Below, in pieces: positions 9,616-21,307 of a DNA stretch of 64,000 nt. Where the stretch lies: positions 1,024,001 to 1,088,000 of the forward strand of contig CAWCBP010000001.1 of the NCBI GenBank assembly GCA_963793865.1. The letters are read 5' to 3'. Position 1 is the stretch's first letter; the number at the start of each line of letters is the position of its first letter. The DNA is from an uncultured delta proteobacterium. Its GTDB lineage: Bacteria; Desulfobacterota; WTBG01. The notes below the pieces were generated by a model, which was not told the DNA's origin, did no database searches, and worked only from the letters and a program-made list of their open reading frames with translations. The position numbers were made by a program, and so were the translations under genes.

Positions 9616-10380
9616 ATGACAGCTGCCGGAAACCGGACCATGACAGTGGAAGCGATCATTCTGGGAGCGTTTCTTCTCATCGGACTTGCTCTTGGAGGAT
9701 ACTTTATCGGAACGGGTGTGGCCCGTTTTAAGTCTGATACGCGAACAGTCACGGTCAAGGGTCTTGTCGAAAAGGAAGTTAAGGCAGACCTGGCAATCTG
9801 GTCACTTCGTTTCAGGAGGGCCGGCGAAGACCTTCAGAACGCCCATTCATTGATCGTCTCCGACCGGGACACAGCGCTCTCGTTCCTCCGGAATCATGGC
9901 TTTAAAGACGATGAGATCAGCCGGCAGCCCACACGCACTATTGATAAACTCGCACGTGAATATGGGCAATCAGAAGGCAATGAACGGTATCGTTATTTAG
10001 TGACTGCTTCACTTGTCGTTACAACCACAAATGTCGATCTCGTCACCAAGGCCATTGGGGCGACTGAAGAACTTCTCAAGTCAGGCGTGGTGCTGGATGG
10101 GCAGGATGATGGGGGGAAAGCCAACCCGCGTTATGTGGTTACGACCTTTAATGCCCTCAGGCCCCAGCTTCTCGCTGAAGCCACAAAGAATGCCCGTAAT
10201 ACAGCACAACAATTTGCATCTGATTCGGGTGCACGGGTTGGTAAAATTCGTTCCGCAAATCAGGGTACGATCCAGATCTTTGGCAGCGACGGAAACGATG
10301 AATCCGCCCCCTATAGCCCCACCAGCACACCAACTAAGAAAATCAGGGTTGTCAGCACTTTTGAATTTGAGCTCAGATGA
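9616..10380 (+). CDS. SIMPL domain (DUF541) protein
   Basis: N-terminal TM, RTVTVKGLVEKEVKADLAIW, A..FA.DSG.RVGKIRSANQG and C-terminal KKIRVVSTFEF. Confidence 0.85.
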   Translation: MTAAGNRTMTVEAIILGAFLLIGLALGGYFIGTGVARFKSDTRTVTVKGLVEKEVKADLAIWSLRFRRAGEDLQNAHSLIVSDRDTALSFLRNHGFKDDEISRQPTRTIDKLAREYGQSEGNERYRYLVTASLVVTTTNVDLVTKAIGATEELLKSGVVLDGQDDGGKANPRYVVTTFNALRPQLLAEATKNARNTAQQFASDSGARVGKIRSANQGTIQIFGSDGNDESAPYSPTSTPTKKIRVVSTFEFELR

Positions 10381-10402
10381 TCAAAAGACGGGGAATACAC
10401 AT

Positions 10403-12079
10403 TTACCGGATTTGGTCCAGGTCGTAGATGAAAATGGAATAGCCTATTTTAGCAATGGGCTTATATTGCTTGAGCCAATCATAAAACTGCTTGTCACTGA
10501 AATACACATTCTGCAAATTGGTTGCGCTGATGGCCAGCATCCCGGTTGTGGGAAAAGTAAACGAGCGCATCCTGGCGCTGCCCTCGCGATAATCTTCAGG
10601 CAGATAATAGCTTGGCATCCAGTCGTAACGGACTCCATAATAACTGGGATCTGCAGTGCCGAAATAGCTTAAATGAACCCTGTCTATACCCTTTTCCTTC
10701 ATGTAAAATCCTAACCCCTTCAGGTCCTGTCCCCAGTCCAGATTTGAATCCACCAGATAGCGATAACCGTTATCCGGGCCTCCTGCAATTTCATTAAAGT
10801 ACGCCAGATAATGGGGGTAAATGGCAAGTGATCCTGCAAGATACCAGCAGGAGAGTATAACCATGGCCACGGATCTCCATACCCTGCCCTGGATTATATT
10901 AATACCTTCAACCGCCGTCCCTGCCAGCACAAACAAAAAAGGGTATGCGGGCAGTATATAGCGCAGCCCGATGCTTTGATGATTGATGCTGAATAAAATG
11001 AAATATGCTGCAACCGGTGCGCACATAAAAATCAAATCTGGCGAGGCACGAAGGACACCCTTGAAATAAAAAAACAATGCCGTGAGAAGCAGAACAAAAA
11101 GCGGAATGGGCGTTTTAAGCAGAAAGGCGATGAAATAGTAATACCACCATCCGGATGTTGAATACATGCCCAGCAAAAAAGAAGGGTGACCGCCTTCCGC
11201 GTGAAGCAATTGATGGGTCACTCCTCTGAAATAATGATGCAATTGAAATCGATAGCCCAGGCTGAGTACGAAAATCGCCAGTAGAACAATAAACAGCAGC
11301 AGGATTGACAGCCTCATCCATTTGAATTGGACCTCTTTTTTGTTCAGCCACCGGGAGAAAGGAAACCCATCTGGAAGCCTCGCATCCTCCGATGAAAAGA
11401 AAATAGAAGCAGCGGCTATGACGAATACCGGCACCTGAAGCAGAGCGCTGTATTTTGAGAGCAGGGCACAACCCGTTGCCAGGGAGCAGGCAATAATCCA
11501 GCCCCAACCCCCATTCCTGCGGAGTACTTTCCAGAGGCAGTAGAACGAAATAAAAGTAAAACAGGTAAGTGCCATATCCGGTGTTATAAGCCCGGAGTGG
11601 GCAAGCATGTTGGGGCAAAAACTGAACAGGAACAAGACACACAGTGCGGATGGATTGCCATATAGTTCCCGTGCCCATCTAAAAAGGAAATAGCCAAGGA
11701 GCAAGGCCAGTAAAAGCGTTGGCACCCGTGCCAGCATGAGCAGGCGGTCCTGCGGATATCGACGATCGGTGAGCAGCCTTAAGCCCGCGCCCGGGATGCT
11801 CAAATTTGATTTATCCACACCTTTGAGAGCCGGGGGCAGATTCCAGGCGCTTTCATCGGCTTCATACCAGAGAAACGGGAAGCTGTTGAGATAATATGAA
11901 AGCGGCGGGTGCAGCGTGGATGACGGGATGTCCCAGGAGGGGTGCTTCAGCAGATAATATCCCAAACCGAAATAATTGGTCTCATCCCAGGTGGGCGATT
12001 TCGACCGTATGGCACCATAAGACTGCAAAACGAAGACGGCCAGAAGTAGTACGAGAATAATTTTTGCCTTACGGGTCAT
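10403..12079 (-). CDS. GT-C membrane glycosyltransferase (GT39/ArnT/PMT_2-like)
   Basis: SPTWDE acidic loop after TM1; HPPL, PNMLAHSGLITPD, LLSKYS, GLRYILP and DSNLDWGQDL motifs; many TM helices. Confidence 0.85.
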   Translation of the reverse strand: MTRKAKIILVLLLAVFVLQSYGAIRSKSPTWDETNYFGLGYYLLKHPSWDIPSSTLHPPLSYYLNSFPFLWYEADESAWNLPPALKGVDKSNLSIPGAGLRLLTDRRYPQDRLLMLARVPTLLLALLLGYFLFRWARELYGNPSALCVLFLFSFCPNMLAHSGLITPDMALTCFTFISFYCLWKVLRRNGGWGWIIACSLATGCALLSKYSALLQVPVFVIAAASIFFSSEDARLPDGFPFSRWLNKKEVQFKWMRLSILLLFIVLLAIFVLSLGYRFQLHHYFRGVTHQLLHAEGGHPSFLLGMYSTSGWWYYYFIAFLLKTPIPLFVLLLTALFFYFKGVLRASPDLIFMCAPVAAYFILFSINHQSIGLRYILPAYPFLFVLAGTAVEGINIIQGRVWRSVAMVILSCWYLAGSLAIYPHYLAYFNEIAGGPDNGYRYLVDSNLDWGQDLKGLGFYMKEKGIDRVHLSYFGTADPSYYGVRYDWMPSYYLPEDYREGSARMRSFTFPTTGMLAISATNLQNVYFSDKQFYDWLKQYKPIAKIGYSIFIYDLDQIR

Positions 12080-12113
12080 TCCAATTCACCGCCTGTGATA
12101 TCCCAAACATGCT

Positions 12114-13019
12114 TCAGAGCCTTGATCCAAAAAGCGCGCAGACAATTTCACCTGCGGTTACCCATATCCGGGCAAGCAATGAGATAAGCACGGCAACCGG
12201 ACTGACCACATAGTTTGCCAGCAACAGTGCCAGTATCCCTTCCCTCACCCCGAGACCGCTCGGTGCAAAGACGCTCAGTGTTCCCAGGGCGCCTGCCACC
12301 GCAACGCTGGCGGATAAACCGAATATGCTACTGAGCGGGATAAAGGTGATGGCATTGACAAAAAAATAAAAGGCAATGCCCTGCACCAGTACCAGTATCA
12401 TATAATTAGCAAAGAGATAAATCATGGCGGTGTAGCCTAACGATTCCTGAACCGTTTCCTTCTTCATCCAGCGCAGTACACTGTTAATGACGGCATAAAA
12501 AACTTTTGGGTGCAGCATAACCATCCCCGCCGCCACGGCACATACCAGGATATAGAGCAGATTATCTGAAAGGACGGTCAATTCAGAACGGGTTGTAAAG
12601 AAGAGAAGAAAAAAAACGATGCTTGCGGTCAGTTCAAGCACCACTTCGAGCACGGCGCTGGCCAACGCTATCGGTTTGGGCATGCCTTCCTTCCCGGCAA
12701 GATAAACCTTACCGAGTACAAGCCATACCTTGCCGGGAAGATATTTCCCCATGGTGCTTACAAAAGAGATTTTCAAACATTTGCGAAGGCTGAGTGACGC
12801 TTCCATTTTATGGAGCATCACCATCCAGATATAAACCCTGAAAAATAGATAGCCGAGTAAAATCAGGAAGGAAATCAAAAGTGAACTCCAGGCAAAGCTG
12901 AAATCGAAGTCTTTAACCTGGGTCCAGTTTTTGTAGAGAACCCGGATCAGAAAAAACAAGATGAGCGATACCAGCAGGCAGGAAATAAGATTTCTTGCCC
13001 CAAGTTTCTTCATAGGCAT
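12114..13019 (-). CDS. Lysylphosphatidylglycerol synthase TM / flippase-like (UPF0104) membrane protein
   Basis: MGKYLPGKVW and APSGLGVRE motifs; about 8 TM helices. Confidence 0.8.
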   Translation of the reverse strand: MPMKKLGARNLISCLLVSLILFFLIRVLYKNWTQVKDFDFSFAWSSLLISFLILLGYLFFRVYIWMVMLHKMEASLSLRKCLKISFVSTMGKYLPGKVWLVLGKVYLAGKEGMPKPIALASAVLEVVLELTASIVFFLLFFTTRSELTVLSDNLLYILVCAVAAGMVMLHPKVFYAVINSVLRWMKKETVQESLGYTAMIYLFANYMILVLVQGIAFYFFVNAITFIPLSSIFGLSASVAVAGALGTLSVFAPSGLGVREGILALLLANYVVSPVAVLISLLARIWVTAGEIVCALFGSRL

Positions 13020-14222
13020 TACCCGCAATCCCCGGTGCAATTAGAGCCGGTAAGGCTTGAATAGAGCTGTTCCTGCTGCCTGAGCATTTTCCATATATCG
13101 AACTCTTGAACCATTTCTGTGCCCTTTTCCCCCATGCTTCGCGCTTCTTCAGGGTGCTTTAGCAGGTACAATATCTTACGGGCCATGCCCTGAATATCAT
13201 GCGGCTGCGTGACAAAGCCGTTGACCCCGTTGTGGATGGCCTCACGTGATCCGTTAACATCACTGGCCACAACCGGAACGCCGGCAGCCATTGCCTGTGG
13301 TAAGACCCGGGGCAAGCCTTCCCAGAGAGAGGTAAGAACAAGAATTTCAATGGAGTGCATTATCTCCGGTACATCCTTCCTCCATCCCGCCAGATGTACT
13401 TTATTCGATATTTTAAGTTGTTCCGCCAATTCCTTAATGTCTGATCTCAGCACACCATCACCGACCAGAAGAAATTCCACCTGATCATGTTCGTCAATGA
13501 CCAGTCGCGCTGTTTTTACAAAATCGAGCGGGGCTTTTTGCGGCTTAAAACAGGCGACCATCGCTACCACGGGGTCGCCGTTGGTGATGCCCAGGCTTTC
13601 TCTCACGGCCGTACGGTCGCACTGCACACTTTTATATTCGCTTATGTCAATGCCGCTTCGGATGAGTACGGTTTTATCAGTGGTAAAAATTTTCTCTTTC
13701 ATTCCCTCTTCCAGGTTGGCCCGGGAAACAAGGATAAAAGCCCTGGTTATAGATGCGGTCAGCCGCTCCAGAAAAATATAAAAAGCCCTTACCAGCGGGG
13801 GCTGAAATTGATGGAAGCTGAAACCGTGCACGGTATGAACAATGTGCCTGATACCTGCCAGCCTGGCAGCCCATCTTCCCAGGATGCCCGCCTTTGAGCT
13901 GTGGGTATGCACGATAACCGCGGCATCAGCGTTTACCTCCCTCTATAGCGGACGTCCCTTTTAATCGTTCTCAAAATACCTGCAATTTTAACAAGAGCCG
14001 TGATATCCTTAAGGGCCGTCATCTCCCGCACAAGCTCAGGGATAAGAAACAGGCGAACCCCGTTCAGATGCCGCGCCTCGTCGACCAGCATCCCAGCGGC
14101 ACCGGATATCAGGACAGGCTCATACCTCTCAGGTCAAGATGCGCGACAGTAAAAAGGGTGTTCTGTTGCGCGCCACCCAGCTCAAGCTTGGTAATGATGT
14201 GCACCACGGTTATTTTACCCAC
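13019..14222 (-). CDS. GT4 glycosyltransferase; several frameshifts in 13920-14110
   Basis: N-terminus VVHIITKLELGGAQQNT, then HTHSSKAG, HTVHG and SLWEGLPRVLPQAMAAG. Confidence 0.85.
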
Positions 14223-15532
14223 GGAGCACCTCTGCTGCCGCCTTGCCTTCAAGAATGGTATCCTCCATGGACATGTACTTCCAGCTCCCATACCGCCCGA
14301 TGGACCATACCCCATTGCTTTTCAGGTAATCAATTATAGAAGACAGGTTTTTCCTTCTGAACGTATCATAGATTACATAGGCATAGGGAATATCCACCGC
14401 ATCTTCGGCAATGACTCTGTCGCTGCCGCTCAGCATGCCGCAGCGTTCAAGACCTTCTTTAGCCGCATCTATCATTGCCCTCTTATCTAACGGCATCTCC
14501 GGCAGATGTGATATTTCAAGGTACAGAGAGGTTGCATTGGACGGTGCGCTTGCTGCTGCAAAATTAGAATAGTTTCCTGATCGGTAGAAGGGGAAAACGG
14601 CCTCCGGGAAATATATCCAGTGCTGGTCGGTTATGCCATCCCGGTCGATTCCAAGGTTAACATCCAAAACCGATATATGACGAAGCCCGCGTTTTATCTC
14701 TGCGATATCCGAGGGAAGATGACGAATCATGCCGAGCAATTCCGGCAGCGGAATGGTAGATACAAGCGTGTTATATGCAAGCGAATCGCCGTCGCTAAAC
14801 CAGACCCGTTTTTCCTTGAGATCAACCGCCGCCAACTGCTTCTCATAGAGGACTTCATTAACATGGGGCAGAAAAGATTGCGGGAGGATACCGATGCCGC
14901 CTTCTATAGGGTAGAGAAACTGCGCGCTGTAGCCCATGTGCTCATTGGTTATTCCCAGCGCTCCCCCCACCACCTCGTCCAGGGTCGGCACCGGAATAGA
15001 CCACTCAACCCAGTCACTGGAAAGGAGGTTTAGATCGGTTCGCCATAATTTCTCATTATAGGGCAGCATAAAATAGTTTGCTATACCCTCACCAAAATCG
15101 CTGATAATCCAATCTTTAAATGATGGTCCGCCATTGCGTTCAATGGCCAGCTTTTCAGGTCCTGGCTGCAGAAGCTCGTCTTTCCATCGCCTTGCAGAAT
15201 CCCACCAAACATTCCTTTATCACTTCCCGCGGCAGCTTGTACAAATTTGCCTGAAAGGGATAAGGAGTAAGAACCCCCTGCGCGCAGATGGAGGCGCGAC
15301 GCCTGTGGGCAGATAAGCGTCCGGGCATGAGTTGCTTCATCAGCCCTCGTGTATAATCCTGCCGGGTATGCAGCAGGTGTCCGGTGTAATCAAAGGTAAA
15401 TCCATTCTTTGTATATGAGCGGCACAGACCGCCTGCCTCCTTCTCTTTTTCGAAGATCTGATAGTCCACCGGTTTTCCGAGATGAAAGGCGGTGCTTAAT
15501 CCAGCCAGGCCCGCGCCAATAATCAAAATCAT
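14215..15532 (-). CDS. FAD-dependent oxidoreductase (HemY-like / eukaryote-type UDP-galactopyranose mutase-like); frameshifts near 15080-15170
   Basis: GAGLAGLS, GGLCRS, GFTFDYTGH, YPFQANL, PYNEKLW, PYAYV and GRYGSWKY motifs. Confidence 0.75.
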
Positions 15533-15559
15533 AATCCCTTACCCCTCTTTCACACCGGG

Positions 15560-16564
15560 TTAGAGGGTCATATCAATTCTTTTTAAAAAATATCCCGTGC
15601 CCAGGCCTGCGGCAATAAGACATAAAATAATTGTTAGCGCCACAGAGTCACTTACATTCATGATCAACAAAGCGGCAATCCCGAGCAGGATTGATATGGC
15701 ATAGCTGATGGTAACCGTTTGTCTGGTTGACAGCCGCCACTTTCTCAGCCTCAGCGCGAAGTGGTCGGGGCTTCCGGTAAGAATGGACATGCCTCTGCGG
15801 TAGCGGATATACATCACAAACATGGTATCAAAGATGGGAACACCTAAAATGAGCACCGGTGCAAAGCATCCCAGATTATTATGCGCGGTGAAATTTCCGA
15901 TCATGGCCAGGCTTCCCATCATCATCCCGATAAACATGCTCCCGGTATCACCCAGGTAAATCTGCGCCGGTTCAAAATTATAGCGCAGAAAGCCCAGCAG
16001 GCTGCCGCCCAAAGCGGCGGCAATAATGGCAATGATCATGCTGTGATTAATCACCCCTACCAGTATAAATATGATCGAGCACATGAGCGCCACGCCTGAC
16101 GAAAGGCCGTCCATCACATCAATTATATTCAAGGCGTTGATGATGCCGATGAGCCAGACATATGAAAGGGGCAGGCTGATATACCAGGGTATTATATCCA
16201 GCTTGATGATAATTCCCGAACGCATGAGCACCAACACGGCAATGCTCTGCCCGCACAATTTAACGGCCGGGGAGAGAACGCCGAAATCATCAATGAGCCC
16301 CAGAATAACGATTATGGTACCCGCAAGCAGGATTCCCAGCATTTCCTGGTCAAAGCTGAAGGTAAGAGACAGGCTGATCAGAAATGCAAGGTATACTGCA
16401 AGTCCGCCCAGATACGGTACAGGGGATCGCTGGTTCTTGAGCCTTCCGTCAGGCCGGTCCACAATATTAAATTGCAGGGCAGCCTTTCTCATCAGCGGTG
16501 TCAAATAGATGGAAAGCGAAAACGCCAAAATAAACGTCAGAAGGTATATAAGATACAGTCTCAT
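15560..16564 (-). CDS. MraY/WecA-family polyprenyl-phosphate HexNAc-1-phosphate transferase (initiating enzyme)
   Basis: PYLGGLA, GLIDD, NALNIIDVMDGL, YNFEPAQIYLGDTGS and PIFDT motifs. Confidence 0.92.
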   Translation of the reverse strand: MRLYLIYLLTFILAFSLSIYLTPLMRKAALQFNIVDRPDGRLKNQRSPVPYLGGLAVYLAFLISLSLTFSFDQEMLGILLAGTIIVILGLIDDFGVLSPAVKLCGQSIAVLVLMRSGIIIKLDIIPWYISLPLSYVWLIGIINALNIIDVMDGLSSGVALMCSIIFILVGVINHSMIIAIIAAALGGSLLGFLRYNFEPAQIYLGDTGSMFIGMMMGSLAMIGNFTAHNNLGCFAPVLILGVPIFDTMFVMYIRYRRGMSILTGSPDHFALRLRKWRLSTRQTVTISYAISILLGIAALLIMNVSDSVALTIILCLIAAGLGTGYFLKRIDMTL

Positions 16565-17712
16565 GCAGGCTGTTTTTGCTGGAGCAGTTCTTGATAGAGG
16601 GCTTCTGTTTTTGCAATCATGGCGTCAATGCTGAAATGCCGCTGGACCCGCTCCCTGCCGGCAGCTCCCATGGAAAGTGCCCGAGGTTCGTCTGAAAGCA
16701 AAGCCTTGATGGCCTCCGCCAGCGCGTGGACGTCCTGCGGCGGCACGATCATACCCGTTACCCCCCGGACCACCAGTTCAGGGATACCCCCGACTTCTGT
16801 GGCGACTACCGGCTTACCCGCAGCCATCGCCTCCAGTACTGCGTTGGGCAAACCTTCCCATCGGGAGGGAAGCACAAAGAGGTCAATGCAATGCAGCAAA
16901 CGATCAACATCCGGTCGCAGGCCCAGAAATTGTATCCTGTCTGTTAATTCGAGCGAACGGGCTAATTTCTTTAGATTATTCTCTTCCTCCCCTTCTCCCA
17001 GTATGAGCAGCTTTACACGGGGACAGGCAGTATGAACCACGGCCATTGCTTGAATAAGACAATCAAAGCCTTTCTGACGGTGAAGCCTACCGGCAGTCAT
17101 TACCAGCCTGTCATCAGCATTCAGCCCGTTACGGCTCCTCAACTCCCCATGATCGCGTATATCGCCCTTTGCAACCGCAATGCCGTTATAAATGGTCGAT
17201 ATTTTTCGTTCTGCTATGCCTGTTGAGCGATGCACATGAGCTTTTACCTGTTCGGATACCGCCACATAGTGATCCGCCATGAAGGCCGTTGCCCGCTCGA
17301 TGAAGCGGCTATACGGCTTCTCACCGCCCATCACCCGGACAGAGCATATGACAACCGGAACACCGGTGAGAAATGCGGCAATTCTTGCAATAATATTTGC
17401 CCGGAAGAGAAACGAATGCACAATAACCGGCTTCTCTTTGAGAAAATAAAGTGCAAGCAGCATGAGGACGCGAAGCGAATCAAACCAGCCTGAAAGTGTA
17501 TCCTCATCCTTCATGTCGAGGGAATACACATTCACACCCTCAGTTTCCAGCATGTTTGCGTAGACACCTTTCTTTTTAAGCGAGCAGAGTCTGACGCTAT
17601 AGCATGCCGGATCCAGACCTTTGATGGTGTGATACAGCATCTTCTCCGCGCCGCCGACGCCGGTGCCGGTTATGACATAAATTATTTTTTTCTTCGATTC
17701 AATTGATCCCAT
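16561..17712 (-). CDS. GT4 glycosyltransferase
   Basis: GVGGAEKM, GRLHRQKG and PSRWEGLPNAVLEAMAAG. Confidence 0.92.
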   Translation of the reverse strand: MGSIESKKKIIYVITGTGVGGAEKMLYHTIKGLDPACYSVRLCSLKKKGVYANMLETEGVNVYSLDMKDEDTLSGWFDSLRVLMLLALYFLKEKPVIVHSFLFRANIIARIAAFLTGVPVVICSVRVMGGEKPYSRFIERATAFMADHYVAVSEQVKAHVHRSTGIAERKISTIYNGIAVAKGDIRDHGELRSRNGLNADDRLVMTAGRLHRQKGFDCLIQAMAVVHTACPRVKLLILGEGEEENNLKKLARSLELTDRIQFLGLRPDVDRLLHCIDLFVLPSRWEGLPNAVLEAMAAGKPVVATEVGGIPELVVRGVTGMIVPPQDVHALAEAIKALLSDEPRALSMGAAGRERVQRHFSIDAMIAKTEALYQELLQQKQPA

Positions 17713-19638
17713 TATGCCGCTGAAACGCCGTGATCTCTTATCGCATCGCCGTCAACAAACATCCTATGCCACAGTTCCAGAAAAAGCAGCGCCCAGATGC
17801 GATAGCTGTGATCGTACCGCTCCGAGGCATGTTCATCAAGAATTTTCTGCAGGGACTCGGGCTTGAAGTAACCGCGCTCAGTGCATTTTTTGGCCAGAAG
17901 GACGTCATAGGCCATCTCTTTCAAATCGTTTCTGAACCACATGTCAAGAGGAACGCCGAACCCCATTTTCTTTCGCTGCACAATAGGCCGGGGAATCATG
18001 TTGCAGAGCGTGCGCTTCAGGAGGTACTTCGACTCAATACCCCTGAGTTTAAGATCATCGGGCAGGGAGGCGGCAAATTCCATGAGCTTATGGTCAAGAA
18101 ACGGTGAGCGCGCCTCCAGGGAATGGGCCATGGTGGCAATATCTACTTTTACCAGCAGGTCTTCAGGCAGGTAGGACATTACGTCTACAAAGAGCGTTTT
18201 ATCGATAAAAGCCTTTCCGTCCGCCTTGCCGTACCAATTAACCGTCAAATCAACCGAGTCGGTGCATTTGCATAAGATCATGAAATGAAGCGGTATAGAG
18301 ATCCCGCTTCATTTCATTGTCAAAAAAGCAGATCCAGCGGACATAGCGCCTTTCAGGCACCTCAGAAATGCCTTTTATAAATCGTTTGAGCCGTCTCACA
18401 AAGCTTTTACGGTTCGTGCTGTACGGCAGGCGGTCGATCACTTTTTGGAAAATTCCATCTCGGATGAATGACGGTACATACCGGTAGTAATCAGCAAGCT
18501 TGTCCGCCACATACCGTTCGTACCCGGCAAATGACTCGTCTCCCCCGTCCCCGTTGAGCGCGACGGTCACATGCTCACGGGTCATCTTGGATACGTAATA
18601 AGTCGGTATCGCCGACGAATCAGCAAAGGGCTCGTTATAATGCCATACCAGCTGCGGCAGGATGGATAACGCGTCCGGTTCCACCACAAACTCATGATGG
18701 TCGGTTTGATACTGCCGGGCCGCCATGCGCGCAAAGGCCAGCTCATCATAGGCCTCTTCTTTAAAGCCGATGGAAAAGGTTTTTACCGGCTGGTTCATCA
18801 GCCGCTGCATCATGGCCACCACCAGGCTTGAATCTATGCCCCCGCTTAAAAAGGCGCCAAGCGGCACATCGCTTCTCAGCCGTATTCTTACCGCCTCTTC
18901 AAACAGTTCCTCCAGTCGCTTTCCATAGTCTTCAAGTGAAGGCAGCACCAGCTTGTTGCGGTAGCTCAAATTCCAGTAACGTTTAATCGTCAGCGTATCA
19001 TCTTCATATATGAGTATATGCCCCGGAGGAAGCTTTTTGATAGTGGCAAAGATGCTCAGCGGGCTGGGGACATATTGATAGGTTAAATAATGGTGCAGCG
19101 CGCTATAGTCGAGCTTTTTGTCAATGGATGAACATGCCAGCAGCGATTTTATCTCTGATGCAAAAAACAGCCCTTCCCCGGTATGAGCATAGACAAACGG
19201 CTTTTTCCCCACCCGGTCACGGGCGCAAAAAAGCCTCCGCTTTTTCGCGTCCCATATGGCAAACGCAAACATGCCGCGGAGGTCCTGCACACAATCATCA
19301 CCCCTCTCTTCATAAAGATGAATGATTGTTTCCGTGTCGGTATTGGAGCGGAATCTGTGACCCTTGGATTGCAGCTCACGGCGGATGTCCGGATAATTAT
19401 AAATCTCGCCGTTAAAAACGATCCAGACGGACTCGTCTTCGTTGGGCATGGGCTGATGACCGGCCGGGGTGAGGTCGATAATGCTCAGCCGGCGATGTGC
19501 AAGCCCTACATTGCCCTTCAGATATATGCCCGCATCATCAGGCCCCCGGTGACTGAGCAGGGATGACATCTGCTGCAGCACATTCTCGTCAACTGCTCGT
19601 TCCTGGTCACGGTACACGATACCGCAAATCCCGCACAT
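17712..19638 (-). CDS. asnB: Asparagine synthase (glutamine-hydrolysing)-family amidotransferase; frameshift near 18255
   Basis: MCGICG Ntn Cys, HRGPD, FNGEIYN, LSGGIDSS and GDGGDE; C-terminal part LEARSPFLD, RKKMGFGVP. Confidence 0.92.
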
Positions 19639-19651
19639 AGCCTGCCTTTCT

Positions 19652-21298
19652 TCACCGCCCGCAACTGACCTGATAAACCCTGATTCCCTTCTGTCCCCTG
19701 GTAAAATCCTTGATCAACTCAAACCCCGGTTCCATGGCGTGAAAATAGCGGTTGGTGACGACAATATAGTTGTATCCCTTTTCACAATAATATGAAGGCG
19801 GCTGGCCTATCACATCGGTATCCTGCCATAAGCGATAGCGCATGTAATCATCGGAGCGCGAACCGGCCGAAGTATCAATCTCAACAATGTCATAATACAC
19901 AGTGGGTTCTATTTCCAGCTGCAATTTTAGAAAGTCCGCTTTGAGCAAACCATGCGCCCTTGCCCGCTCATACTGGCGTTTTACGTTATCCGGAGCGTTG
20001 AAGAGCTTCGGCCCGGCATTGCCCGCATTATCAAGGAGTATTTTTGAGCCTGCCGGAATGTGCTGTTCAATCCACTCCTTGCTTTCAAGGGTTATGCTTT
20101 TGCTTCCCCGCTCCGCATCCCATTGAAGGATCAGATACGCAGGATGCACAATAAGCAGCAAAAGCACCACTAAAACCATGGGTGAACGGTAACTGATGCT
20201 TATCCGGGATAAAAGATCTTTTAACAATACGGCACCGAGTACCGCACACAGGGGAAACGTGCAAAGAATATATTTTGCTTCAACATAGCGATGCAGGGAT
20301 GCAAAAATGATGACGCATAGAGCAGTAAAAGAAAGTACGCGGAGACCGACCTCCCTTGTTACCAGGTAACGTGTCAAACCTATAACACAGAGCGCTCCTG
20401 CCGGCATTCCCCAATAATCCCGAATGATATCCCGGATATAGAACCAGAGGTTAAAACCTGTTGTCGCATGAAATGATTGCAGTGCTCTTATCTCACCGGA
20501 TGCCGCTATAAAGTCAATATAAAAATAAGGGCATGCAAGCGCGTGCCCTCCGATCACAGCAGCAAGTCCGAGCAGCCATTCCCTGGAAAATAATTTATCC
20601 GCAAGCCTGCCCCTCCCGGCTTGTGAAAAATGCGCCGCGGCGAAGGCAACCAGGGCAATGACGCCGTTAAATTTGGTGCCGGCTGCGAGACCGGTGAAAA
20701 AACCGGCATAAAGATACATGCTGAGGCGTCTGTCTGAAAGGAGTATCAAAGAGCGGTAAACAGCACAGCTGAATACAAAGGTAACGGCGGCATCCACCGT
20801 CGCATAGTGGGAATGAACCACATGCTGGTAGCAGAGTGCAAGCAGAAGCGCTGCTACAATGCCTGTGCCTTCACCCTTTACCCTCTTCCCAATCGCATAG
20901 GTTATCCAGACGGTCGCGGCCCCGAAGCAAGCCGATAAACCCCTGGCAATGAGATAAAAGGGGGTGGGATCGCGTACGAACTGAACGGCAAACTGATGCA
21001 CCGAATCATGCCAGCCGGCTATAGCGCCCACAACATAGTAACATCCATAGATGATGAACAGCAGATATTGAACCAGCGATCCGTATTGAAAGCGGTGGGG
21101 ATTAAGATCACCGCTTCCGAAACGAACGGCGTGATTTACCACCTCGGATTCGTCTCCGTGGTCTATCCCCGGAAGACCGAAAGAGATGCCCCACATCCGT
21201 ATGGCAAGTGCGAGCAAGCATACAAGCAGCACTAACCAAAAGGTATTGTTTGTGTAGGGGATGCCATCCGCAAGCAGGCGCTCTCTTTGCATAACCAC
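19652..21298 (-). CDS. GT-C membrane glycosyltransferase (GT39/ArnT-like)
   Basis: WGISFGLPGIDHGDE, LNPHRFQY, ARGLSACFG, HSHYATVD and GTKFN motifs. Confidence 0.85.
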   Translation of the reverse strand: MVMQRERLLADGIPYTNNTFWLVLLVCLLALAIRMWGISFGLPGIDHGDESEVVNHAVRFGSGDLNPHRFQYGSLVQYLLFIIYGCYYVVGAIAGWHDSVHQFAVQFVRDPTPFYLIARGLSACFGAATVWITYAIGKRVKGEGTGIVAALLLALCYQHVVHSHYATVDAAVTFVFSCAVYRSLILLSDRRLSMYLYAGFFTGLAAGTKFNGVIALVAFAAAHFSQAGRGRLADKLFSREWLLGLAAVIGGHALACPYFYIDFIAASGEIRALQSFHATTGFNLWFYIRDIIRDYWGMPAGALCVIGLTRYLVTREVGLRVLSFTALCVIIFASLHRYVEAKYILCTFPLCAVLGAVLLKDLLSRISISYRSPMVLVVLLLLIVHPAYLILQWDAERGSKSITLESKEWIEQHIPAGSKILLDNAGNAGPKLFNAPDNVKRQYERARAHGLLKADFLKLQLEIEPTVYYDIVEIDTSAGSRSDDYMRYRLWQDTDVIGQPPSYYCEKGYNYIVVTNRYFHAMEPGFELIKDFTRGQKGIRVYQVSCGR

Positions 21299-21307
21299 AT
21301 GACACCT

